Shown here: positions 22,256-33,741 of the stretch, piece after piece
Numbering within the stretch: position 1 is the stretch's first letter
Layout: every line of letters begins with the position of its first letter
Position numbers and translations under genes: made by a program
Notes under the pieces: generated by a model
Told to the model about the DNA's origin: nothing
Databases searched by the model: none
Seen by the model: only the letters and a program-made list of their open reading frames with translations
Assembly (NCBI GenBank): GCA_964270895.1
Contig: OZ185443.1
DNA: 64,000 nucleotides
DNA from: Podarcis filfolensis
Taxonomy: Eukaryota
Reading direction: 5' to 3' (one strand)

Positions 22256-23690
22256 AGCGTGTTCTCACTAAAGGAGAGCACGTGTTGCGGATGGGGCCTA
22301 GCAAGACACCCCATAGTTGCCAGGCAGTATAAGATAGAGGGGCCTGGCAAGGATTGGCTGTTTGAGTTGCTGGGATAAAATGGATGTTGCCAATTTGGGG
22401 GTGGGAACAGGTTATTTAAACAAGGTTCACAGCAAGCTGCTTTCTCTTTCAATGTGGGAACCGGATCACCCGCCCGCCCTCCCTTTTGGGCTTGTGCTTT
22501 GACCTTGCTATGCCTATCATGGGGTCGTCCGCCTTGGTGCGGGGGCCTGGTAGGAATTTTTCCATTTGGCTGATTAGTGTGTGCCATTTGGTTTTTGCCT
22601 ACTGCGTAGCAAATCGTCACAACTTGTAAGGTTGGCGGTTAGGCATTGGTTTAAATTGGTTGGTGGAGGGGTATGGATTGGCTGTGCCTGCCCCTCCAAT
22701 GCTGCTGCTGCATGGGAATTCTGTTAAAGGAATTCAGGGGCTTACCATCCTCTCGTCCAAACCCCTGGAATCGGGTGCGGGCCGCGTAAGCTCCTGGGAG
22801 CATGCGGGGAGAAGCTGAGGGTCTGTGTCGCAGCTCCAGTTATCCCTGATCTTGTTCCTCCACACTGGCTCTCGCTGGAATCCGGGAGTCAGTGCTGTCC
22901 CCCAAGGCGGGGGGGACAGCTAGTCATAACCAATGCCTAAGCAAGGCGGTTAGGCATTGGTTTAAATTGGTTGGTGGAGGGGTATGGATTGGCTGTGCCT
23001 GCCCCTCCAATGCTGCTGCTGCATGGGAATTCTGTTAAAGGAATTCAGGGGCTTACCATCCTCTCGTCCAAACCCCTGGAATCGGGTGCGGGCCGCGTAA
23101 GCTCCTGGGAGCATGCGGGGAGAAGCTGAGGGTCTGTGTCGCAGCTCCAGTTATCCCTGATCTTGTTCCTCCACACTGGCTCTCGCTGGAATCCGGGAGT
23201 CAGTGCTGTCCCCCAAGGCGGGGGGGACAGCTAGTCATAACCAATGCCTAAGCAAGGCGGTTAGGCATTGGTTTAAATTGGTTGGTGGAGGGGTATGGAT
23301 TGGCTGTGCCTGCCCCTCCAATGCTGCTGCTGCATGGGAATTCTGTTAAAGGAATTCAGGGGCTTACCATCCTCTCGTCCAAACCCCTGGAATCGGGTGC
23401 GGGCCGCGTAAGCTCCTGGGAGCATGCGGGGAGAAGCTGAGGGTCTGTGTCGCAGCTCCAGTTATCCCTGATCTTGTTCCTCCACACTGGCTCTCGCTGG
23501 AATCCGGGAGTCAGTGCTGTCCCCCAAGGCGGGGGGGACAGCTAGTCATAACCAATGCCTAAGCAACCACTCACAATTTGTATGTTTAATAAAGTTGTGG
23601 CCAAAACTATGCCAAAAACCTTAAACAAAAATTTATGAGTGATGTGTGAGTTATTGGGGTAGGGGTGTTTTGGGGGACCTCAGCACGCAA
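22256..23690 (+). mobile_element. Non-coding Ngaro/DIRS-like element inserted in the Penelope arm
   Basis: Removing it rejoins ggtgctactggaa|ggaatttttttattttg, the complement of the left arm. It contains cccgcccgccctccc and terminal aataaagttgtggcc (23588-23602). The family call is inferred from the motif shared with 6800-7760. Confidence 0.65.
22634..23566. repeat. Tandem array of 3 x 311 bp, each unit bounded by a 13-bp inverted repeat
   Basis: Units start at 22634, 22945 and 23256 and look identical by eye. TTAGGCATTGGTT lies near each start and AACCAATGCCTAA near each end. Confidence 0.99.
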
Positions 23691-23706
23691 GGAATTTTTT
23701 TATTTT

Positions 23707-23924
23707 GCAACTGCTTTGGATTACAACCGTTTTGGATTACAACCACGTCAAACCCAGAAGTGTGTGTCCCTTTTTTTGTATTACAACCTCTTTGGGGGGG
23801 GGATTACAACCAATTCTGGGGGGGGAGGCCCCACTGGTGAAAGTGCACCTTAGGTTACAACCGGTTTTGGTTTACAACTGGACCTCCAGAATGGATTATG
23901 GTTGTAAACCAAGGTACCGCTGTA
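23707..23924. mobile_element. Tc1/mariner (Tigger-like) MITE, right part
   Basis: Repeated ttacaacc motifs and end aaccaaggtaccgctg+TA. Confidence 0.65.
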
Positions 23925-24933
23925 TTATGTGAATTGAGCAGAATTAGAACATGGGAACAGGTACTCACAAGCTATTAAATTAATCTTTTATTTGTTCTTC
24001 TGCAAATTCCCTACTCTGACGTTACAAGTTTACTTTTAGATAGGCAGTTCTTTCAAGTGACAGCTGAACAAGAAGGATATGGCTTTTCCATATCTGCAAG
24101 ATGTGGCATTTCTTCTAGGAAGTGCCAAAGTTATTCCTCCATTTGTGTCCTCCAATGGAACTACATGTACTTGGTGCAGTTCCATAGCTGAGTTTTGTCA
24201 CATGTCGCTCCTTGGCTATTGGAAAACATTTGGTTGTTGACAAGCTGAAGCACACTGCACACATGATTTCAAACAGCATTTGCTATTTACTTCTCAGTGG
24301 AAATTAATATTATCCATTACATTATCTCACTTTGTATTTTTTTTAAAAAAAATGTATTTTTTTTAAAAAAAAAACCTCACAGTGGTCCACAACATATTAA
24401 AACATCAAATAAAAAAAAACCCAGAATAAAACATTATTGAATAAAATCAAATGTACAGTATACATTCAAAGCAACATAATTAAAAGGGAACTTAAATACT
24501 GATCTTAAACATTTCAAACACATTTAGCACACACACAAACACACAAAAATCTTAAACATTTCAAAATAAAACATTAATAAAGGAAGCCAAATATAAAATG
24601 CACATTTAAAACAGCATAATTAACAAGAGAATAACATCTTCATATAACCATACAACATGTCTGTTGCTGTTGCTACCAATCCTGCCAATGGTGGTTCATG
24701 GCAGGTGGTAGCTGTGACCTATGTTTGCACTAAGAGACAGCCAAGGTGATCCCTTGACTCTTCAGCACTCAGCTTTCTGTAGTCAATCAGGGCCCTGCCC
24801 TCCCAGGCCAGGTGGGAAAATATTGTTCATTGTTCTTTGAAACCTATCTGAGATTGTCTCTCCTTCCCATACACCATCCAATATATTCATACCAGCTTGG
24901 AAATAGTTCCTAGCTTACTCTTTGAACTTTAAT

Positions 24934-25020
24934 ATTCCTGCATTGCAGGGGGTTGGACTAGATGATCCTCAGGGTCCCTTCCAACTCTACAGTGCTATGA
25001 TTTTGCTATGCTATGCTATG
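24934..25020 (+). mobile_element. 3' part of tRNA-Lys/CR1-tail SINE
   Basis: attcctgcattgcagggggttggactagatgatcctcagggtcccttccaactcta followed by a (ctatg)n tail. Confidence 0.75.
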
Positions 25021-26611
25021 TAGTTCCTCTGTGGAAGTTCTTGCTTGTCTTTGGTCCAGAGCAATGGGCTTTCAAGGTACCTGCAAAAGTCAAATTAATT
25101 TTAGATTGACTTATACTAGATGTGGCTAATCTGGAGTTGATGGAGTTTGGAGTCTGCAATCATCTCATCTGGAGAGCCACAGGCTAGCCATTCCTCTCTT
25201 ATTTTATACAGTAGGAGACTGGTCTCTATGCTTTTCACTTTTTAAGTTCAGATCCAAAAAGCTCCTCCCGTTTTTTGCCCATTTCCCTCCTTTATAGCAG
25301 ACCTTGTACCATATAACACATCTCTTACAATTTCCCAAGTTTCAAAATAGATTTGTCGTGCACCATGTGTCTGCTGCTTGAGAAACTCAAGTCCAAAGCT
25401 CCCTTGGATGCATGGAACAAATTGTGCAGCTCTTTGGGTGCAAGACTGTGGATTCCTTTTAAACCATTTGTTTATTTAGAATTGTTCACTGTATATTTGA
25501 TCATGGAAATACACATGAAGACTTTTAGAAATTGTAAATCTAAGAATAAAAATAAGGGCACTTGGGTTTTCAAACACAGGTGAATATATTCTCATTTTAG
25601 ACACCAAACAAATACTCATTGCACTTGGATTTGTGTGCATAATAATTTTAGCACTATCTGTAACAAAGTGTTTAAGTATTTCAGTTGAGGGGACAGTAGA
25701 AAGTGAGAGCATTGTGTAAAGAAATTAGAACATGGTTTTTATTTTATTTTTTTTAAAAAAAACCAGCTGTGACAATCTGATTGAAAGTAAGTTGATAAGA
25801 AATTAGGTCTTGCACATTGATTCCCCCAGTTAAATTGAAGTGGCTATCTTAAAAGCGCTTTTCACATTCTTTTGCTCTTTGATCCACCTAAACGTACACT
25901 GGCTTTTAAAATATTTGCTAGTTGCTTTTAGGAAAGGCAATAACAGACATAATCGCAGTAGTGACGCTAACCAATGCTATTAAGTGTGCTTTCATATACC
26001 ACCACTTTGGCTCTGGCACTTTTCCTTACTAACGATGTACTAGAATTTAAGCTGGATCATTTAAATAATGATAAAGCTGTCAGGACTCTGATGTGATTCC
26101 TTTCTAGAGCATTTCACCTTCTATTACAGGTTTTATTGTACTTTATAGTGGGCATCTGTAAATGTGTGGATCAGGTTTGGTCCCTCATTGACACCCATTG
26201 CACGTACTGCACAGTTTTAACTGACTTACTTTGGAAGGATTCACAGTAGTTGCTAGGAAACCTTTCTGTGTTCTTTTCACTTCTTATATGGCATTAGCTT
26301 TTCAATTGATAAGGCTGTACCTTTAGGTACAGAGGGATTTAAGCAGAATCAAACAATGACAGTGGGACTGCAAAACTGATAAGCAAAAAGGGAGAGAAAG
26401 CACAAATCCTTGTTCTTTATACAGTAATACACAGGATTAGAGCAAAAATGGAAAAGACATAGCATATTTTCCTTGAATATTCCTTAAGGTGTTTTGCTTT
26501 GTTTTTAAAGGTGGACAACAAAGCCTATCCTTATAGCAGAGTTTGTAAAATATTTTAAATTATGGTAATTTAGTTACTATTCATTATTGGTTGCTTATTT
26601 CCTATATTGTT

Positions 26612-26741
26612 GGGTTGCTATATGTCCTCGTTTTCCAGGACACACCCTCTTTTTCATGATGAGAGTCATCATAGAGATCCATAGTTAAAAGTAGTTGGCA
26701 AAATGCCTCCTCTTTTTTGCTCTTCAGAATATGGAAACCCT
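26612..26741. mobile_element. MITE with gggttgc-type termini
   Basis: Inverted ends gggttgcta / tggaaaccc. Confidence 0.5.
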
Positions 26742-27390
26742 GGTATATTGTTTTGTTTCATTCTAATCATTGAAAAATAACATGAATAACTAGAAACTTA
26801 CATGGATGATTTAAGGTAGCCTCACTCCAATACATAGGATTTCGATTAGAATGTTGGATGCACACATTTAACATGTGATAGCACCCTCTCTATTCAGTGT
26901 TCAATTACTAGGTAAGGAATAAGTGCCAATAGTGCCAATGAACTTGTAGTCATATCTAGGACAGGTTCCATCAATCCAAATAAATGTGGATGAGAGGAAG
27001 TGAAAGATGCACCGGGCAGGACCCTCATCCCCTTCAAAGACTTTGAAGAGATGCATTTGCGCATGTGCACACATGCACACACACCTGCCATGAAATTGCT
27101 GTAATGGTTATGTTACTATAAATAGAAAATGTTGTTGTTGTTTTTAAAAAATACTACAGCATTACTGGATGATAGGGGGTTCTTGACCAGTAACAGAAAA
27201 TATAATGCAGAAGGCACATCAATATCAAGAGAACATCAGAATGCCTTGCAGTTAGCTTTACATTTAGCTTTGGATAAACATTATGAAGTGGTTCCTTAAG
27301 TAAACACATTTGGGAAACTAATTGTAGAAAGGAGCATAGGAGAGTGTTTAACACCATGTTAGACTATTTAAAAAAAAAAAAATCCAACCC

Positions 27391-27548
27391 ATTATTGTCT
27401 ACCCTGATTTGTGGTAGCTCTCCAGGGTATCAGACGTAGGTCTTTAATATCCCCTACTTCCTGATGCTGGGAACTGAAATGGAGATGCTGGGGACTGAAC
27501 CAGGGGCATCAAGTTTGCAGGACATTTACCCTACCACTGAGCTATATA
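27391..27548 (-). mobile_element. Degenerate Squam2-like SINE
   Basis: Minus-strand tRNA head (tagctcagtggtag...ggttcagtcccc) and body gagagctacc...gtagacaataat. Confidence 0.55.
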
Positions 27549-27840
27549 CCTAAATAGCTTAGCTACTCGACTTTCGTCAAGAAGAATTTGTGTGAAGGAC
27601 TCAATTAAAATCTAAATTTAAAGGAAGAGGATAATCTCCACAGATATTAGGTAGCTAACTCTTTCTCTTCATATCTTTCTTCATGAGTTGTTTGAAGGAG
27701 TCCATTATGATGGCTCCAAACCAAAGCTTTGCATGAATGCCAAGCTGAAACCAGATTTCCTGTGCAACTTTTTCAATCATTTCCACATGAAAAATGACAA
27801 CAATGGCTCTGAGGGCCTTTGTGCAACCAGAAACAATATT

Positions 27841-28035
27841 GGGGAAGGGTAGTAGCTTATTGCAACAGCATCTGCTTTTCAGGCATAAAGTCCCAGGTTT
27901 GATGCCTAGCGTCTCAAGTAGGGCTGGGAGAGATGCTTGCCTGAACTCTGGGGAGTGCTGCCAATCAGTGTAGACAATGCTGAGTTTGATGGAGGAATGA
28001 TCTGACTCGGTATGAGGTGGCTTCCTATGTTCTTA
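27841..28035 (+). mobile_element. tRNA-derived squamate SINE (Squam2-like), full length
   Basis: ggggaagggtagtagct...gtcccaggtttgatgcc head, gctgccaatcagtgtagacaatgctgag body, ggcttcctatgttc end. Confidence 0.85.
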
Positions 28036-31019
28036 TATGCATATTGAAACTCCTGTTTGACAAGAGAACCACCGAATCAGGATAACTATTGGAAATGGCC
28101 CATATTGCTATTCACTATTACAGTCATAATCTATAAGTGCCTACTGTCATTCAGTGTGATGCAGAAATGTCATTTGTATTTCACTCCCCATTGGTACAAG
28201 AGATGTGCAGGCATGCCTGAGTTACTACAGTACAGTTATGCCCATCAGGACAGCACATTCTGTAATATGGCACCTTTTTTTCTCCCCCTCAAACTTTTTT
28301 TTTTTGATAGCCTGAAATGGCATTTTTAAAGGTTAAATGCAAAGGCCCTGCTGAATCTCTTCTAGCTACAGGCTTCCTATTATATTGCTGAGAAGATTTT
28401 GCAGTCTCCATGGCACACTGCTGTAGCTCTCCATCCATGATTACAGAGCACTGAGCTATGCATGCCAAATCATTAGCTCAAACAATAGCTAATACCACAT
28501 TTTTAAAATGAACGGATCACCAGAAAGAAGGTGGGGGGACATTTACTTGTTCACAGAAGAGGAGAATGGGAATTGTAACAAATGCTATTTGTCCTGGACA
28601 CTCAACAGCTATGTAACTTTGTATAATACTGCTGGCAGGTGTAGCTGCTTATGTTCCTCATTCCCATCCCATTATCAGGTCACCCAAGTACTGAAAACTT
28701 CAGGATGTAGAAGAAATCCATGATCCACTTAAACCAGTTCATTTCCATTGAAGTTCATTGTAATAAATATTGACAGCACAATATTCACAGAGCATTCTGT
28801 AAATGATCCCCGTAGGGGCTTGCAATCAGTTGTCTGAATAGTTAATATAGCCATAAAAGTGTCTCCACTTAGCAAAAGGATCCCTAGTGGATAACTATTC
28901 TTTTGCACCATTAATCTCTTAGGTTTCTTATCAGGATCCACCTCCTCTTCAGATTCTACTTGATAGAAATAGCAATTCCTATATGTACCCAATTTGTGAC
29001 TCCGGCTGCAATCCCAAGAGGCCCACTTCTCCTCTCATATTCTGAACCCACGGAGGGAACTTCTTAACAGGGTTAATGTTGATGGCACATTAGTGCAACC
29101 TACATCTTTTTTCATCAACCTTATGTAGAATCAGGCAGCTTAGATGAGATGGATGAGAAAGAGGATAGTGGTGTAGACACAATAAACAGCACTCAGTATC
29201 CCCAGCCTTGCCTAACAAACCGAATGAAATTGGCAGTACGTGTGGAATTGTTGCTCCATACAAATGACACAAAAACTGGACTAATTCAATTAGCAACAGC
29301 AACAAATATCCCTTTCCATTTAATATGTTGTGCTAAGGGCTTTCAATGTTTACCTAGTCTGCCAAATGGTGGGAGATTGCAACTCTTAAGGGACAGCTTG
29401 GCAGCCCCTGTTTTTGTCAATGAGGTTATAGATGGATGGGCACCATCACTACTACCACCACCACCTGTCTGGTCTGGTTTGGGCACACATTAGACAAGGA
29501 AAGTCAGGAGCTGGAGAACTGTAAATACAACTAGATGAGCAAGTTGACTCAAGAAAGGTCAAACTCAAAATGAGCCTTTCAAAGCCTCTGATCCCAAACC
29601 ACCGATTTCCCCAGGCTCTGGTTTGAAGATGGACCCTCCTCCTACCTTCTGCAACCTCCCACCTGGTGTGCCCCCTGTACTGGTGAGGTACTGTGAGAGG
29701 CATTGCTTTCCTAGGCACCCATAATGCTACTGGATCTGATAGGTTGTTCTATGGGCTCCTGACTGTCACCCTCAGGTACAGCATTCCCTTAATCTCCAGA
29801 TGGAACGTTCTCTCACTCCTTTGTTGTTAACTGCAACCTCAAACCCTGTGTTTTGATCATTCCTGTATTCTAGGGTCATAAGACTACCAGGGTATTTTTT
29901 TGAAGTCCCCCCCCCCCCGAAAAGCTGGAGATTAATTTCTTTCTTCCTAATGAGTGGGCCATTTTGATATTTATTGTGTTACGGCCTAGTGCATGAGACC
30001 TTTCCTAAAATCAATCCACACTTTAATCACTATCCCTAAGGGTTACTTCAGACAAGAGAAATTTCCTACATGGAAATGGAAAATGCCCAAATGTTTCTTC
30101 TTGGATGTATGGAAAAATAAATGAAATTTGCCTGGTGTGAAGCATTGCTCTGAAGTCAATCTGCTTCTTCTACTTGTTTTTTAAAACCACTTGGTGATGC
30201 CTCCAATAGTATAACAGATAAAGGAGATTATATTCATTTTCTTCTTCCTTTCTGTGACAGAACCAAGTGGATGACAGCTCTTTAAAGAGCTGGTAGCTTT
30301 TTATTTTTACAAATCGAACCCAAAGGTATTTGGTAAGAGAGAGGGAATTAAAATGGCTGCCATTTCAAAGCATCACTTCTAGCCAAGTAAATTTTATATT
30401 CGCAATAGCTGTGAATCCCCTGAAGATAATTGTATTCTCCCTCACTTGCTAACATGAAAAATGGTTCCCTTCTGCTTCCCCTCTAATGACTTCCATCCTT
30501 CTTTCAGGCACTCTGTATTGTCTGTTGCACCTTGGCTTCAAAATTTGAGCTCTGCATAGGTGTTGCCTACACAAAATGTCCTATATAGAATTGGGAGGGA
30601 GAAGGTAGATTGGGATCTACTTGTAGATTTCTGGGTGATTTTTTAGTACATCACCAGGGGTTTCTAACCCACAAATGTTAAACAGTAGTCAAAACAAAAA
30701 GGTTTTGCCCCATCCCCTTTAAAATTAGCATCCAGAGTTCAAGAAGTCTTGATGCTGAGTGAACTAGGAATTGATTTTTTTTGTGTGTGTGTGGCAAGAG
30801 TGTGATCTCAGTTGTGTCACTAAAAAGAAATTCCTAGAATAAGCACATGCTCAGTGGTACTAGATTTCTTAATTCATTTCTATGTCCCCAAACACCACTG
30901 TTCCAAGCAGCTTTTGTTGGTGGACCTTGGGATAATAGTAAAAATCAAAGTAGTTCTGCAAGCCTGAAGTTATTTAAAGTAATACTTGTACTCATATAAA
31001 TCTGCTTTCACATTAAAAT

Positions 31020-31205
31020 AATGATGGTCCTCCACATTTGCCCACCATCTAGAACAGTGAAAATGACAGACATGAGGGGGGGTATTTTTTGTGGTAGCCC
31101 CACAGCTTTGGGGTTCATTGCCACTGACCACCAGAAAATTACTAAATGCCAGACCTTTAGAAAGGCTCTGCAGACTTACCTATTTGTTTCAGGCAGCCTA
31201 TACAT
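31020..31205 (+). mobile_element. Old L2 fragment
   Basis: tttgtggtagccccacagctttgg...gacctttagaaaggctctgcagacttacctatt is a worn version of the L2 ORF end. Confidence 0.45.
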
Positions 31206-31841
31206 GATTTCTATTTTGTTGTTGTACTGCTCCTTGCAGTGAAATAAGTTGGGGAATTGTGTTTTTGTCTTGGTGAGTTTTTATTGCTGCTGATTGTGTT
31301 GATGCTGCGGTGATTTTGTAGAAAATATATTGTATATATAATGCTGCTGAGTTTTGAGTTGGTATCATATAAGCTGCTGTGAGAAAGTTCTATTCAGAAA
31401 GGTTGTCCACAGCTATTTTAAAGAAAGACCAAAAAAGTCTACCAACAGCTTCCTGTCAGGGGTTATAATAAAGATCTGCAGTAGTGTGTGTTGCCCCTAA
31501 GCCAAAGGAAGAGGAGGAGGAGAAAAGCTTATGTTTATGAAAACAATGTGGACTTCTAAGCCTTCCTATCTGCCCCCTCCCCCCAGACTCTCCTGAGGCC
31601 ACATCCCTTTCCCTGACATGCCTACCATCACCACTGGCTTTGCTTCTCACCTTCCTTGTTTTTGCCTGCCTGGAATATATACTTGAACTCTTGGGTGGAG
31701 CTACTTAGCTAGAGGATAGAGAGATGTTTGAGAGTGTGTGTAGCAAATAACCTACGCTATAAAGGCAACATTGATATTCATTGCTCTTCTCACTTTGGCC
31801 CCACCCACCACTGACATATTGCCCAGAAGGGAATACATCCA

Positions 31842-31842
<1 letters not shown>

Positions 31843-31888
<46 letters not shown>

Positions 31889-32965
31889 TTATTATTTGTA
31901 CCCCGCCCATCTGGCTGGGTTTCCCCAGCCACTCTGGGCGGCTTCCATAGAAAACCAAAAATACACTAAAATATCACAGATTAAAAACTTCCCTGAACAG
32001 GGCTGCCTTAAGATGTCTTCTGAATGTCAGGTAGTTATTTATCGCTTTGACATCCGATGGGAGGGCGTTCCACAGGGCAGGCGCCACTACCGAGAAGGCC
32101 CTCTGCCTGGTTCCCTGTAGCTTTGCTTCTCGCAATGAGGGAACCACCAGAAGGCCCTCGGCGCTGGACCTCAGCATCCGGGCAGAACGATGGGGGTGGA
32201 GATGCTCTTTCAGGTATACTGGGCCGAGGCCGTTTAGGGCTTTAAAGGTCAACACCAGCACTTTGAATTGTGCTCGGAAACGTACTGGGAGCCAAAGTAG
32301 GTCTTTCAAGACCGGTGTTATGTGGTCTCGGCGACCGCCCCCAGTCACCAGTCTAGCTGCCGCATTCTGGATTAGTTGTAGTTTCCGAGTCACCTTCAAA
32401 GGTAGCCCCACGTAGAGCGCATTGCAGTAGTCCAAGCGGGAGATAACCAGAGCATGCACCACTCTGGCGAGACAGTCCGCGGGCAGGTAGGGTCTCAGCC
32501 TGCGTACCAGGTGGAGTTGGTAGACAGCTGCCCTGGACACAGAATTGACCTGCGCCTCCATGGACAGCTGTGAGTCCAAAATGACTCCCAGGCTGCGCAC
32601 CTGGTCCTTCAGGGGCACAGTTACCCTATTCAGGACCAGGGAGTCCTCCACACCAGCCCGCCCCCTGTCCCCCAAAAACAGTACTTCTGTCTTGTCAGGA
32701 TTCAACCTCAATCCATTAGCCGCCATCCATCCTCCAACTGCCTCCAGGCACTCACACAGGACCTTCACCGCCTTCACTGGTTCTGATTTGAAAGAGAGGT
32801 AGAGCTGGGTATCATCTGCATATTGATGGACACCCAGTCCAAACCCCCTGATGATCTCTCCCAGTGGCTTCATATAGATGTTAAAAAGCATGGGGGAGAG
32901 GACGGAACCCTGAGGCACCCCACAAGTGAGGGCCCAGTGGGATGAAAAAGGTCGTTCACCCAAGT
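31843..32965 (-). mobile_element. L2 LINE, 5'-truncated, young, with (TTA)n tail
   Basis: L2 RT ORF, 3' UTR gaagccgcccagagtggctgggg...gggcggggtacaaataa, and a (TAA)n run at 31843-31888. Confidence 0.96.
31974..32963 (-). CDS. L2 reverse transcriptase ORF fragment
   Basis: 329 aa: GVPQGSVLSPMLFNIYM, HQYADDTQLY, LNPDKTE, SRLDYCNALY, LQLIQNAAARL, HITPVL. Confidence 0.92.
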   Translation of the reverse strand: MGERPFSSHWALTCGVPQGSVLSPMLFNIYMKPLGEIIRGFGLGVHQYADDTQLYLSFKSEPVKAVKVLCECLEAVGGWMAANGLRLNPDKTEVLFLGDRGRAGVEDSLVLNRVTVPLKDQVRSLGVILDSQLSMEAQVNSVSRAAVYQLHLVRRLRPYLPADCLARVVHALVISRLDYCNALYVGLPLKVTRKLQLIQNAAARLVTGGGRRDHITPVLKDLLWLPVRFRAQFKVLVLTFKALNGLGPVYLKEHLHPHRSARMLRSSAEGLLVVPSLREAKLQGTRQRAFSVVAPALWNALPSDVKAINNYLTFRRHLKAALFREVFNL

Positions 32966-33308
32966 TTAAGGGAACAATGCAAAGTTTATTTTACTGTACT
33001 TGATTAAATTTCTGAATCTTGGTAGACTCAGGCTCCCAAATGAAGATGCACATGAAAGCAGAGGTGATGTGCTAAAATGAAGTTTGTGGAGACAATGTGC
33101 TGAAAAATCTGTGGAGGAGAAAGCCACATCAGGGCAGGAATATTACCAGGAAGTTGATGAGTGAGGGGACAGGCACACAGCAGAAAAAGTAGGCTTCAGA
33201 GTTCAGAGTGCCAGTTTTGCGGCTTCTTTCAGTATTACACTGTGCAATAGAAGCCTTTGGAGCTATACAGCAAACTGAGGCAAATTAATTATCCCTCTGG
33301 GGTAAGAA

Positions 33309-33445
33309 CATAGAATCGTAGAGTTGGAAGGGACCATGAGGGTTATCTTCTCCAACCCCTGCAATGCAGGAATCTTTTGCCTAACTTGGGGTTCAAATCC
33401 ACAAGCCTGAGATTAAGAGTTCCATGTTCTACCGACTGAGCTAAC
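33309..33445 (-). mobile_element. tRNA-Lys-derived SINE with CR1 3' tail
   Basis: Minus strand gttagctcagtcggtagaacatggaactcttaatctcagg (tRNA-Lys-like), then ttcctgcattgcagggg...cccttccaactctacgattctatg. Confidence 0.85.
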
Positions 33446-33741
33446 ATACAAAGAACCTGCTGGATCCTCGTCCAGCATCCTGTCCTCACAGTCGCTGACC
33501 AGATGCCCGAGGGAAATCCACAAGCACGATTCAAGCACAAGAGCACTCTCATTTCCTGTGGATTCCAGCAACTGGTATTCAGAAACATTACTGCCTCCAG
33601 CTGTGGAGGACTGAGCATAGCCATCATGGCTGGAAGCCAGTGATAGCTGTCTCCTCCATTAATTTGTCCAATCCTCTTTTAAAGCCATCTAGGCTGGTGG
33701 CCATCACTGCGTCCTGTGGGAGCGAGTTCAATGGTTTAACT
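33446..33741 (-). mobile_element. CR1-type 3' end fragment
   Basis: ctgctggatc...ccagcatcctgtcctcacagt...cagcaactggtattcaga...aatcctcttttaaagccatc...ggtggccatcact. Homologous to 46150-46470. Confidence 0.8.

Noticed and set aside
22634-23566. CRISPR-like array
   Set aside because: The units are 311 bp and contiguous with no unique spacers, and the DNA is vertebrate.
28729-28992. Minus ORF containing EEEVDPDKKPKR (NLS-like)
   Set aside because: No recognisable family, and no convincing splice pair.
31705-31969. Poly-L, poly-Y and poly-N ORFs
   Set aside because: Translations of the (TAA)n L2 tail.
32047-32802. Plus-strand ORFs overlapping the L2 element
   Set aside because: Antisense frames of the L2 RT.
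33309-33445. tRNA-Lys gene
   Set aside because: The cloverleaf is degenerate and it is fused to a CR1 tail, so it is a SINE.
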